NCBI GenBank assembly: GCA_963714095.1
Contig: OY970230.1
Coordinates: 831,907-895,906, forward strand
Source: Candidatus Gottesmanbacteria bacterium
Lineage (GTDB): Bacteria; Patescibacteriota; Microgenomatia; UBA10105; UBA927
DNA length: 64,000 nucleotides
Reading direction: 5' to 3'
Shown: positions 18,149 to 41,845 of the stretch, piece by piece
How the letters are laid out: each line of letters begins with the position of its first letter
How positions within the stretch are numbered: position 1 is the first letter of the stretch
Program-made: the position numbers and the translations under genes
Notes under the pieces: model-generated
What the model was told of the DNA's origin: nothing
The model's input: the letters and a program-made list of their open reading frames with translations, nothing else
Databases searched by the model: none

Positions 18149-19168
18149 ATGTTTTCTAATTTTCGCAAAAAGATTGGTATTGATTTAGGAACGGCGAATT
18201 CTCTTGTTTGGCTGGCGGGTTCCGGCGTCGTATTAAACGAGCCGACGGTCGTGGCTGTGACCGTGGACGATGGCCGCGTGGTAGCAGTGGGCAATGAGGC
18301 GAAGGAAATGCTCGGGCGCACCCCTGGCAATATCATGGCTACTCGTCCGATGCGGGACGGCGTGATTGCGGATTACCGGATAACCGAGGCCATGCTGTCG
18401 TTTTTTATCGACCGCGTCGTGGGCCGGAACCGCATGTTTAAGCCCGAAGTGATGATCTGTGTGCCCTCGGGGGTTACTCAGGTGGAGCGGCGTGCGGTCC
18501 TTGATGCCACGCTTTCGGCCGGTGCCAATATCGCCTATTTGATTGAAGAACCGCTTGCGGCGGCAATCGGTGCGAAAATTCCCATTGCACAAGCATCCGG
18601 TCATATGATTGTTGATGTGGGCGGCGGGTCGACCGAGGCGGCGGTTATTTCGCTGGGCGGTGTCGTGGTTCACAAGAGCGCACGCGTGGCAGGGAATAAA
18701 TTAGATGAGGCAATCGCCAATTACATCAAGAAAAAATATAACCTGATTATCGGAGAGCGGATGGCTGAAACTATAAAAATGACCATAGGCGATGCGCTTG
18801 TTGACAAGACAAAAGAGGCATTAAAAATGGAAGTACGCGGCCGCGATACGGTGTCTGGTCTTCCGCGTATGGTGGAGCTTACAAACCGTGAGATTGCGGA
18901 AGCCATTATTCCGACGCTTCACCAGATTGTTGTTGCAGTTAAAGGGGTACTGGAGGAAACACCGCCGGAACTTGCCGCCGACATTATTGATAAAGGGATA
19001 GTCATGGCGGGAGGGACTAGTCTTTTGCGGAATTTTGATAAGCTTATGACCTCAATGACGGGCGTTGTTTGTCATGTAGCCGAAGATCCGCTGTTATGCG
19101 TCGTTCGCGGAACAGGAGTCGCGTTGGAAAATATTGAACTGTATAAGCGGAGTGTTGGAAAAAAGTAA
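18149..19168 (+). CDS. mreB: Rod shape-determining protein MreB
   Basis: IGIDLGTAN, RPMRDGVIAD, EEPLAAAIGA, DVGGGSTE. Confidence 0.97.
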   Translation: MFSNFRKKIGIDLGTANSLVWLAGSGVVLNEPTVVAVTVDDGRVVAVGNEAKEMLGRTPGNIMATRPMRDGVIADYRITEAMLSFFIDRVVGRNRMFKPEVMICVPSGVTQVERRAVLDATLSAGANIAYLIEEPLAAAIGAKIPIAQASGHMIVDVGGGSTEAAVISLGGVVVHKSARVAGNKLDEAIANYIKKKYNLIIGERMAETIKMTIGDALVDKTKEALKMEVRGRDTVSGLPRMVELTNREIAEAIIPTLHQIVVAVKGVLEETPPELAADIIDKGIVMAGGTSLLRNFDKLMTSMTGVVCHVAEDPLLCVVRGTGVALENIELYKRSVGKK

Positions 19169-19361
19169 ACCTATAAAAAATATAATGGCAAAAGGAAAGT
19201 AAAAAAGACGAATAAATTGATATAGTTTGATTATAACTTATAATTAAATTGTTAAAATAGACGATTTGAGAAGGAAAATAAAAAATACATACGAAAAAAT
19301 GTGTTCATTTTCTAGGATGTTACGTTATAGAATGCATGAACCATATCACTTTTTATAAATT

Positions 19362-20150
19362 ATGAGATTAAATGCGGTAAAATTGCTGGGAATATCAATT
19401 TCAAACGGTTCGCGAAAAAAAATCCTAGAGGAAATTCAGAAGTATTTATTTCAATCGGACAAAGAAGAGCAAAAACCGCTTAAAATATTGACTCCGAATA
19501 CCGAGCAACTCGTTTTCGCCCGAAAAAATCCTGAATTTTCCGGCATTTTGAATAGGGCCGATATATCGCTCCCGGATACTGTTGGAGTGGTGTGGGCAAG
19601 CAACATATTAACGAAAAATCCACTTAAGAAAGTGATTCCCGGCGTTGACTTTATGCAGGACCTCGTCGCGGCAGCAGCCGCGCGTCACGTCCCAGTAGGA
19701 CTTATAGGTGGTCGCAGCGGTTTGGCAGTCAGAACGCTTGACTGCTTACGTCAAAAGTATAAAAAATTATTGGATAGTTGGGCAGAAGACGGGCCAGAGA
19801 TACAAATGCCGTATCAAGCCAATAATACCTATATTTCCGGATTAGCGAAACGGATTATTGATACAAAAACAAAAATAGTTTTTGTCGCGTTCGGGCCGCC
19901 GAAACAAGAATATTTAATCGAAGACCTTGCGAAGGCGCTCGGGTCATACACTGTGGTATTTATGGCGGTCGGCGGTTCATTTGACATTATTTCCGGCCGC
20001 CTGAAACGCGCGCCGTTATGGATGCGTAATTTTGGTCTTGAATGGCTCTGGCGTCTTATCCTTGAACCTTGGCGCATGAACCGCCAGTTCGCGCTTGTCG
20101 AATTTGTGTGGCTAATCTTGCGCGCAAAAATCAGCAAACCCTCAGAATAA
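19362..20150 (+). CDS. WecB/TagA/CpsF family glycosyltransferase
   Basis: TPNTE, VAFGPPKQE, VGGSFD, RAPLWMRNFGLEWLWRL. Confidence 0.93.
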   Translation: MRLNAVKLLGISISNGSRKKILEEIQKYLFQSDKEEQKPLKILTPNTEQLVFARKNPEFSGILNRADISLPDTVGVVWASNILTKNPLKKVIPGVDFMQDLVAAAAARHVPVGLIGGRSGLAVRTLDCLRQKYKKLLDSWAEDGPEIQMPYQANNTYISGLAKRIIDTKTKIVFVAFGPPKQEYLIEDLAKALGSYTVVFMAVGGSFDIISGRLKRAPLWMRNFGLEWLWRLILEPWRMNRQFALVEFVWLILRAKISKPSE

Positions 20151-20215
20151 TAGAATATCGTTACATCAACAGATAGCTCTTGTATTGCAACGTAGCAATT
20201 TAGTATACTTAGCAT

Positions 20216-21406
20216 ATGGCCAACGGAGCGCGTCCGCGCGTGCTATTTTTTTACGACTTTCCCCTCCACGGCGGCGGATCCGGCGCTTATGTCAAATACC
20301 TCATGCTGCGCCTCACCGAGGCATATCACTACGAACTTGGTATTGTCCGGCCGGATACAGAAATCATTCATCCCTCTATTGCACATTTCGAACTGAAATT
20401 GCCCCAGATTCCCGTCTACGTGGGCCGGCCGGGACTGGAGACTGCAAAAAAATACAGTGAGCTTACCGACCGGGAAATCGCGGCGCTCTACGCGGCAAAT
20501 ATAGACGGATTATCCCGGGCAATTGAAGCATTTCAACCGAATATCATCCATGTGCACCATGTCATGATTAATTCCTGGGCCGCCCGGTACGCCCGCTCCA
20601 TTTACGGGAAGCGGATCATCCTTACGTCCCACGGGTCGTGTCTTGCCGCCATTGCCAAAGACCGCCGGTATGTGCGTATGACACGCGATGCCCTCCGTGC
20701 TGCGCAGGCGATTACTGTAGTGTCCGGCGACACGCGGGCAAAATTACTGCGGATGTTCGGGGGTGATTTATCCGCTAAAACCCGTACGATTCCCGGTGGG
20801 ATCCGTCTTTCTCTTTTCCCATCCAAACGGCCAAAAGTCGCTGAACTTCGCAAAAAATTAAACCTCGAAGGTCAGAAAGTAGCACTCTTTACCGGTCGAC
20901 TGATAACGGAGAAAGGTATCGAGTATTTCGTCAAAGCCGCTAAAAATATTCATGGGCATATCATTATTGCCGGAGACGGACCGCAGCGTCAACATTTGGA
21001 AGATATGGTAAAGCGGTTAAATGTCACGAACGTTATCATGCTCCCTTTTGTCCGTGCGTATGAAGAATATCTGGATTTATTTTATTTGGCAGACGTTTTC
21101 GTTTCGCCGGCGGTCTGGGATGAGCCGTTGGGTTTGACGATTATCGAGGCAATGGGCGCCAAAACCCCTCCTATCGTGACGCGCCGCGGCGGGGTTGTGA
21201 TGGCAGTCAAAGACGGAGTAACCGGTTTATTTGTGAGGAGCAGAAATAGCACCGAGATTGCAGCGGCCGTCAATAAATTGTTTGCCAACGATGAACTCCG
21301 GGCAAAAATGGGTGAGCGCGGGCATGCGCTTGTGGCAGAGAAGTTTACCTGGACCAAAATTGCAGAGCGTTTTGACAAGCTGTATCAGGATGTCTATAGA
21401 AGATAA
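20216..21406 (+). CDS. GT4 family glycosyltransferase
   Basis: FTGRLITEKG, DEPLGLTIIEAMG. Confidence 0.92.
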   Translation: MANGARPRVLFFYDFPLHGGGSGAYVKYLMLRLTEAYHYELGIVRPDTEIIHPSIAHFELKLPQIPVYVGRPGLETAKKYSELTDREIAALYAANIDGLSRAIEAFQPNIIHVHHVMINSWAARYARSIYGKRIILTSHGSCLAAIAKDRRYVRMTRDALRAAQAITVVSGDTRAKLLRMFGGDLSAKTRTIPGGIRLSLFPSKRPKVAELRKKLNLEGQKVALFTGRLITEKGIEYFVKAAKNIHGHIIIAGDGPQRQHLEDMVKRLNVTNVIMLPFVRAYEEYLDLFYLADVFVSPAVWDEPLGLTIIEAMGAKTPPIVTRRGGVVMAVKDGVTGLFVRSRNSTEIAAAVNKLFANDELRAKMGERGHALVAEKFTWTKIAERFDKLYQDVYRR

Positions 21407-21407
21407 T

Positions 21408-22565
21408 ATGCGCATTGGTATTCTTACCCCGTCTATTTATATGGATGCCGCCCATCACGGCGGTAGAATATTTGCCCCCGGAGATCTGGTACGTCATCTT
21501 GTCGCCGGATTAGTTGCAAAAGGGAACTCCGTTCATTGGTTTAGTGCTCCTGAAGATTCTTTCGGTTCGACACTGACTTCGGGTGACACGTCACTCCTTA
21601 AAAACAATCTGAAGATCCGCGTATTTCAGGATATATCAGCGGAAATTTTGGATAAAATGTCCCTGTACGGGACGAAAATGTATTATGAGCTTGATTTGGT
21701 GAGCCGGGCATATGCCATAGCGCAAAAAGAAAACATTGATGTTATTCACAACTTTCATTCGTTTGGGTACTTTGCCCATTTTTTTCAGGAATTCACCGGA
21801 GTACCGACCCTCTATACTCTTCATGATCCGGTGCCGACCCCCGATATGCTCGAGTATTGGCTGTTTACCCGATTTCCGACGCATAAATATATTTCCATCA
21901 GCAACAGCCAGCGGGGCAACCTTGGCGATCATTTTATTGATACCGTTTATAACGGAATAGATCAAAATAAGTTCCCGTTTGACGCAAAAGGAGGCGAAGG
22001 TCTTGTAGCTGTGGGACGTATGGTGGCAGTCAAAGGACACGATATAGCCATTGCTGCGGCTAAAGAAGCGGGCATGCCGCTTTCATTTGCGACTTGGATG
22101 AATGATGCAGTCGCGCAGTCTCCGTATTATAAAGAGAAAATTGAGCCGTTTGTAGATGGGAAAAATATAGTAGTTAATAGTTTGATGCAGGGAACAAATC
22201 TTGCATCAGCATATCAACAGGCAAAGGCGCTCGTGTTCCCGATTCAATGGGAAGAGCCGTTCGGACTCGTGATGATTGAATCCATGAGCTGCGGCACGCC
22301 GGTTATCGCCTACAACCGCGGATCGGTTGCTGAAATAGTCGCGGACGGCGTCACGGGTTTCATCATCGACCCCGATGACACTAACCGGCCGGGGAAGGGG
22401 ACGTGGGTGATTAAAAAACAGGGAATTGAAGGACTTGTGGAGGCAATTAAGCGGATTGGAGAGATCGACCGCGCCGCATGCCGTAGGCATGTGGAGGAGA
22501 AGTTTACGATAGAGAAAATGGTGGAGGGGTACGAAAACGTTTATAGAAAAGTTATTGGAAAATAA
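21408..22565 (+). CDS. GT4 family glycosyltransferase
   Basis: Start trimmed to MRIGIL; VGRMVAVKG, WEEPFGLVMIESMSCGTP. Confidence 0.92.
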   Translation: MRIGILTPSIYMDAAHHGGRIFAPGDLVRHLVAGLVAKGNSVHWFSAPEDSFGSTLTSGDTSLLKNNLKIRVFQDISAEILDKMSLYGTKMYYELDLVSRAYAIAQKENIDVIHNFHSFGYFAHFFQEFTGVPTLYTLHDPVPTPDMLEYWLFTRFPTHKYISISNSQRGNLGDHFIDTVYNGIDQNKFPFDAKGGEGLVAVGRMVAVKGHDIAIAAAKEAGMPLSFATWMNDAVAQSPYYKEKIEPFVDGKNIVVNSLMQGTNLASAYQQAKALVFPIQWEEPFGLVMIESMSCGTPVIAYNRGSVAEIVADGVTGFIIDPDDTNRPGKGTWVIKKQGIEGLVEAIKRIGEIDRAACRRHVEEKFTIEKMVEGYENVYRKVIGK

Positions 22566-22673
22566 TATATTTTCTTGTTCCAACAACCCAAGTAACTTGG
22601 TCTAGCGCTCGTTAGTATAGACTGCTAAATTATTGCTTCTATAATTATTTTTCCGTTCGTGTATCATTAAAGT

Positions 22674-24104
22674 ATGCGCGTACTTTTTGTCACCAGCGAA
22701 ATATCCGGTCTCTATAAACTCGGCGGATTAGGGGATGTAAGTCGGTCGCTACCGGTCGCATTGAAGAAATTACGGGTCGATGTACGTGTGGTGATGCCGT
22801 ACTACAAAGCGATAGAATTAAAGACGGTGCATTGTGTCGGGCAAATCGCTGTTGATTTTGATGGGAAGCGGGAGCTGGTGTTTATTTTCGAATCGAAAAT
22901 TCCGGATACGTTAGTGCCGTTGTATCTTTTCCGGCATCCAAAACTCAACGAATATCATGAGGGAGATATCGTAGCGAAATTTGCATTTTTTTCCTGTTGT
23001 ATCGGCAGGTTATATGAATGTGCCCCCGCCGTTTTGGGCGGAAAACCCGATATCGTTCACTGCCATGATTGGCACACTGCCCTTGTTCCTTTACTCCTGG
23101 GAGAAAGCAATAAACTTCGCCGCGAATCCGAGACGCTTGATTCCATACGGACCAAAACGGTCCTAACTATTCACAACCTTTTATATCAGGGAGGAGCTCC
23201 TGCGTCTCTTATCAAAACACTGAATCTTCCGAAAAGCATGTTTCACATATTGCTCACGAAAAAAGGCCCGACGATTAAACTCCTCCGCGAAGGGCTGGAG
23301 CATGCGGATATTATTTCGACGGTTTCCCCGACGTATGCGAAAGAGATATTAACCGGTGATTACGGAGAGCACGTCAACGAGGTTCTTCATAGACGCCGGG
23401 GTGATGTCGTAGGCATCGTCAATGGTATTGATGATGACACATGGGATCCCGGAGATGATGCCGCGTTGCCGGTTCATTACGGCCGCGATGATGTATTTTC
23501 CGGTAAACAGGCAAATAAAGAATATCTTCAGAGGACACTACGATTGCCGGTTGCAAAAATGCCGATGGTGGGTTTTGTAGGGCGCCTTGAGGTGCGCCAG
23601 AAGGGGATAGATATTCTTATTGCGGCCATCACGCGCCTGTTGCCGGACGGGGTACAGGTGATTATTCTGGGTATGGGCCCGAAAAAGATTAAACAGACGC
23701 TTGTTGCAGTTGCTCAAAAGCATCCGGACCATTTTGTGTTTGTGCCGACGTTTGATGAACGCTTAGCCCGCCGGATTTATGCGGGGGCTGACATGCTGGT
23801 CGTGCCGTCGAAATTTGAGCCCTGCGGTCTCACTCAGATGATAGCTATGCGATATGGTACGATACCTATTGTTCGTAAAACCGGAGGACTTGCAGATACC
23901 GTCACGGACGGAAAAACAGGATTTGTGTTTAAGGAGTATAACGAGTCGGCGCTTCTTGCAAAAATGAAGGAAGCTATTGCTCTTTGGAATACCAATCCGA
24001 ACAAATGGCAGCGGATGGCAATTCGGTGCATGCGGGAGGATTTTTCGTGGTTGATGAGCGCTAAAAAGTACAAAGCGCTGTATAAAAGACTACTGAAGCA
24101 GTAG
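22674..24104 (+). CDS. glgA: Glycogen synthase (GT5)
   Basis: KLGGLGDV, HCHDWHT, TIHNLLYQG, PSKFEPCGLTQMIAMRYG. Confidence 0.93.
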   Translation: MRVLFVTSEISGLYKLGGLGDVSRSLPVALKKLRVDVRVVMPYYKAIELKTVHCVGQIAVDFDGKRELVFIFESKIPDTLVPLYLFRHPKLNEYHEGDIVAKFAFFSCCIGRLYECAPAVLGGKPDIVHCHDWHTALVPLLLGESNKLRRESETLDSIRTKTVLTIHNLLYQGGAPASLIKTLNLPKSMFHILLTKKGPTIKLLREGLEHADIISTVSPTYAKEILTGDYGEHVNEVLHRRRGDVVGIVNGIDDDTWDPGDDAALPVHYGRDDVFSGKQANKEYLQRTLRLPVAKMPMVGFVGRLEVRQKGIDILIAAITRLLPDGVQVIILGMGPKKIKQTLVAVAQKHPDHFVFVPTFDERLARRIYAGADMLVVPSKFEPCGLTQMIAMRYGTIPIVRKTGGLADTVTDGKTGFVFKEYNESALLAKMKEAIALWNTNPNKWQRMAIRCMREDFSWLMSAKKYKALYKRLLKQ

Positions 24105-24107
24105 TCT

Positions 24108-25043
24108 TTATATCTTCGTATAATACACGGCTCTTCCTTTCCCGTGAGGGTACAGAAGCCCCAGTGATGTGAGCTTGGCAAGATCGCGCGATGCGGTGAT
24201 TTGGGATACTTTAAACCGTTTATGCACCTCCCGGTTGGTCATGGAGGTGTCCGGCTTATCCATCAGTTTTACTATTTCTTTTTGCCGCTCTGAGAGTTCC
24301 CAAAATGAGGTAGGGTATTCAATATGGGACCGGGACTCCTGAATGTCGGCCAAAGTGGTTTCCAAATTGGTTTGCGTTGACTGGGCCACGTATTCAAGCC
24401 ACTGCGTGAGCGCTTGATCTTTTTGGTAGGCAGCTGTAAGCCGAGAGTATGTTTCTTTATCAGCTTGCCATACCCGCTCCGGTGTCACCCAGCCGCGGAT
24501 GTCAAAACCGTATTTGGAGAGGAACAGGTAATGGGCGAGTCTGGCAAATATTCCGGATTCGGCAATGTCCGGTGAGGCGAGAATATGCATATGGGCAATA
24601 CCGGCCTGGATGATGGGATGTTCTTCTTCGGCCGCAAGATACGAAAGAAGCTCCTTTAAAGAGGATTCAATGAGGCCGAACGATCGATTGTCATATGGAT
24701 ATGTGAGATGAAATAACGTTTCCAATGCCGAAATCCCGACCGGGCGGGGATTGGCACGCCACTCACTATGGATAAAGTCATAGGCATGCCTGAGTCCGAC
24801 AATTGTTGATATTGCGCGGGTTGGTTTTACGGGGTTGGCCAGAATTGTTGCGACTTCATGTTTCGGTACATCAAAGCCTGCAATGGATAATGTCGCCCAT
24901 GTACGTATTGCGGTGCCTTCCCAGGTAAGTTTTAATTCGTTTTTTTGGGGAATGGGCAAGATGAGTATCTGGGTTCTCAGACGGTTTACCGTATTGAGTG
25001 TTTCCCGCAATTGCAGTCCTATGGTGTAGGAGAAGGAAAGCAT
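24108..25043 (-). CDS. Fic-like protein (degenerate active site) with C-terminal winged HTH
   Basis: HPIIQAGIAH followed by a non-canonical Fic loop; LSERQKEI...TNREVHKRFKVSQITASRDLAKL...GKGRAVYY. Confidence 0.75.
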   Translation of the reverse strand: MLSFSYTIGLQLRETLNTVNRLRTQILILPIPQKNELKLTWEGTAIRTWATLSIAGFDVPKHEVATILANPVKPTRAISTIVGLRHAYDFIHSEWRANPRPVGISALETLFHLTYPYDNRSFGLIESSLKELLSYLAAEEEHPIIQAGIAHMHILASPDIAESGIFARLAHYLFLSKYGFDIRGWVTPERVWQADKETYSRLTAAYQKDQALTQWLEYVAQSTQTNLETTLADIQESRSHIEYPTSFWELSERQKEIVKLMDKPDTSMTNREVHKRFKVSQITASRDLAKLTSLGLLYPHGKGRAVYYTKI

Positions 25044-25214
25044 AGATTTTATCAGCACTCCTTACTTATCACAATCATATCAAATCTGTCAATATTTTAC
25101 TAATTTTTATTCCGGATTTTTGTGACAATCTATTATTTAGACAGTGATAAGCAAATGATATGATTAAATACCCTATTGACAACAAGCCACTTTTTATTAC
25201 ATAGTAGATATAGT

Positions 25215-25262
25215 CTTGTGAAAACTTGTAACGCTTTTAGTAATAACTTGTAATAATTTGTA
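25215..25262 (+). promoter_or_regulatory. Helically phased CTTGTA direct-repeat array
   Basis: CTTGTG 25215, CTTGTA 25225, CTTGTA 25247, TTTGTA 25257, downstream of TTGACA (25176). Confidence 0.6.
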
Positions 25263-25283
25263 AAGAATAGGAAAAACGAGGCT

Positions 25284-38900
<13,617 letters not shown>

Positions 38901-38919
38901 GAGTTAGCTCAGGAGCTCG

Positions 38920-39649
38920 CTAAGAGCTCGTATTCTTGAGCCAGATCGTGTAATCCGCTCCGTCCACAACCCCGTCGCCGTTAAAGTCGCCGCTTGCCGG
39001 TCCGTTGAGAACGGTTTGTCCGAAGTGTGAAAGCCAGACATTGTAGTCCGTTTCATTCACAGACCCGTCACCGTTGGCATCGCCGGAAGGCGGAGTATTG
39101 GCAGTGCTGTAGTTTACCCGCAGAAATGTTGTCGTAGGATCAAGCTGTACGCCGGCATTGGTCATGCCCCCGTAAAACGTACTCTGTAAGTGTCACGTGA
39201 CGTCACTATATCGGGAGTAATTCCGCCAAGTACGCTCGGTTGGGTAAAGAGAATTTGCCAGCAGCCGACAGCGCCGGATTGTGCCGGAGGAGTGATTGCC
39301 GACGCTGATGCGATTGCCTGCGGATCGTCAGTCAAATAGATACAAGATTCACCCCCCGTCAGACTTGAGGGGTTGTTGCGACGGAGAGTGGAGTTCCGGT
39401 CATAAGCACCTCATCAGTCACCGTGCTGTTTTTGGGGATGGATGCAATTCCGGAAAAATTTATCGTAAATAATACTACATGACTCCCTGTGGAAAAAAGG
39501 CCGACATGTGAGTCTCCCATGGTATGGTTGCCGTACGGCAGATCATTGGTGTAACTGGCAAACTGGGAAACGGGAAGGTCGATGTAGGCAGCCTTAACCG
39601 GTGCAGCAATGAACAATACGGCCCCGAAAAGAAGCAGTACACGCTTCAT
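38920..39649 (-). CDS. Secreted protein with C-terminal dockerin-type repeat (frameshifted)
   Basis: MKRVLLLFGAVLFIAAPVKA signal; GDANGDGSVNETDY...GDFNGDGVVDGADY duplicated Ca-binding motif in another frame. Confidence 0.65.
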
Positions 39650-39687
39650 AGTTCCATGATACACAATTTGCGGTATACTTCCAAGTA

Positions 39688-41845
39688 ATGAAGAAATTTT
39701 TTCCGTGGATACTTGCCGGAATATTTTTCGTGGTAGGTGTTGCGACACTCAAAGATTACGGCATGAATTGGGATGAGCCGGCGCGGCTCCTGCGGGGTCA
39801 GGCGTTCCTCCGTTTTTTTTAACGGGGAGGGGGACGGCGAATCTGCCCGACCGGACGCCCCCGAACCTTATACGCCCGTATGAATTCGTGACCCGCTACA
39901 ATTTTTCAGCGTCCGAGCGGCAGACGATGGCGACATTGCCCCCGATGCCGCGTCCGCAGGCTGAATTTGCGGCCATCGTTACGAAATTTGGCCGCAGGTT
40001 TAGATTTTTACCAGCACGACGCGTGGTCCGCCTACTTTATGAAGTACGACCCGTTTGAAACCGGCCACCTGCCTTTGCCGGAACTGTCAGGGTCGATGAC
40101 GAAACCGCGTGTTATATCAGGCATGGGGTATTGCGGGCGATATCGAGAGAGCTATGGCGTCCCGTACGTGTTGCTTGCGGGAGCGGGAGTTTTTGTCGTT
40201 TCCGCTTTTGCAATTGACGCGACGGGATCGTGGTTTGCGGGACTGGTTGCCGGTCTTTCGCTGGCACTTTTTCCCGTATTTTTTGCCGAAGCGCATTTTA
40301 ATATGAAAGATCCGGCAGTTGCGGCGCTTTTTGCCGGATGCGTGTGGATGTTCTGGCGGTGGGTGCGTGAAAATAAACTCACCTATTTTTTCGGGTTTGT
40401 TGTATTTTTCGCGTTGTCGCTGGGCGTCAAATGGAATGCCGTATTTTTACCCTTTATTTTTGGTCCGTGGCTCTTGAGCATACGGAAAACCGCTGAATTT
40501 AGGCGTTGGTACCGGCCAAAAAAATCTCTTGTTGCTTTTTTGTGTGCCGCCGGCGCGTGTGTAATCTTTATGCTCGGTATCTGGCCTGTTTCGTGGGGAA
40601 GGCCACTTGTGGCTTTGTGGGACCTGGTTCAATATTACTGGGGGATCGGAACCGGTAGTAGCGGTGTCCAGCCGGCAGGTTTTATTTTTCCTCCCGTGGT
40701 AGGCGTCAACTTTTACCCATTTCTCTTATTTTTGGCACAGACGCCTGAAGTGTTGCTTTTTCTTTCGGCCGTAGGCTACGGTTGCGATTGTACGCGCTGC
40801 GGCGGGGAAAACCCTCCGTACGGGATATTTAGTTCTGATATGGTTTATAGTTCCTGTTATCCGGTATAGTTTCCCGTATACCCAGGCCTACGGCGGATGG
40901 CGGCAGATGATGGAAATAGTCCCGGCCATTGCGTTACTTTCCGGCATCGGCGCGGACTATCTGATGCGGAAAACACATGGAAAGATGAAGTACTTTATAG
41001 AAGGAATACTATTAATAGCTTCCATTATACTTATACGCTCTTTAATACGTTTACATCCGAATGAAAATACCTATTTTAATACATTTGTCGGCGGCATCAG
41101 CGGAGCGCAGTCGAAAAATCTCATCGACCCGTTTTTAACCGACGGCAACGTCTATAAACAAGGGGCACTGTGGCTCAATTCGTACGCTGAGAAAGATGCG
41201 CGGGTGGCCATTCTGGACGGCAGGACGTTTGCATTGTCGCCGCTCTACCTGCGGCCGGATATTTCCGTATCGCCGTTTCACTTCAGCGGGTTTGACCGGA
41301 AAGGGGAGTATATTTTCGTAACCCCCATCAATACCATCCACGGGACGGCGAATTTCAGTTACCGGTATGTCCGGGATTTTCTCACGCCGGTTCACGAAAT
41401 TACCGTCGGCAATGTGCCGATTTTGTTGATATATAAAAATGATGAGGCTCACCTGCGGACCGGAATGGCGCAGGAAACGGTTATACGTCCCGTGGCGCAA
41501 ACGTATTATTCAACCCGCGAAGGGGAGTATCTGGAACTGGATTTCCCCGAAGACATCCGGGTGACGAGAATTGATATTCTGCCGACGAATCACCTGTGTA
41601 ACCGGCAGGAGCAATTTTCGACGTACAACAATATTGTCAAGTTTATCCCGTCCTCACCCGGCAAACAATTCGATCCCGTTGATCACACCTACGCCACTGC
41701 GGAAAAACGTCTGACCGCAGACGGCACGTTGGAGTACCTGTATCCGGGTGAATTGGCCCGTTCTGTGAAGATTATTGCCACGACACCCTATTCATGTTTT
41801 ATCGGGGCCAAAGTGACGGCAGTGTGGGAGCTTGCCAATAAATGA
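39688..41845 (+). CDS. GT-C (ArnT/PMT-like) membrane glycosyltransferase, multiple frameshifts
   Basis: MKKFFPW...DYGMNWDEP, AEAHFNMKDP, LHPNENTYFNTFVGG pieces in different frames. Confidence 0.65.

Noticed and set aside
19170-19360. AT-rich gap after mreB with palindrome ATTATAACTTATAAT
   Set aside because: Low-complexity AT sequence; no supportable structure beyond a possible promoter
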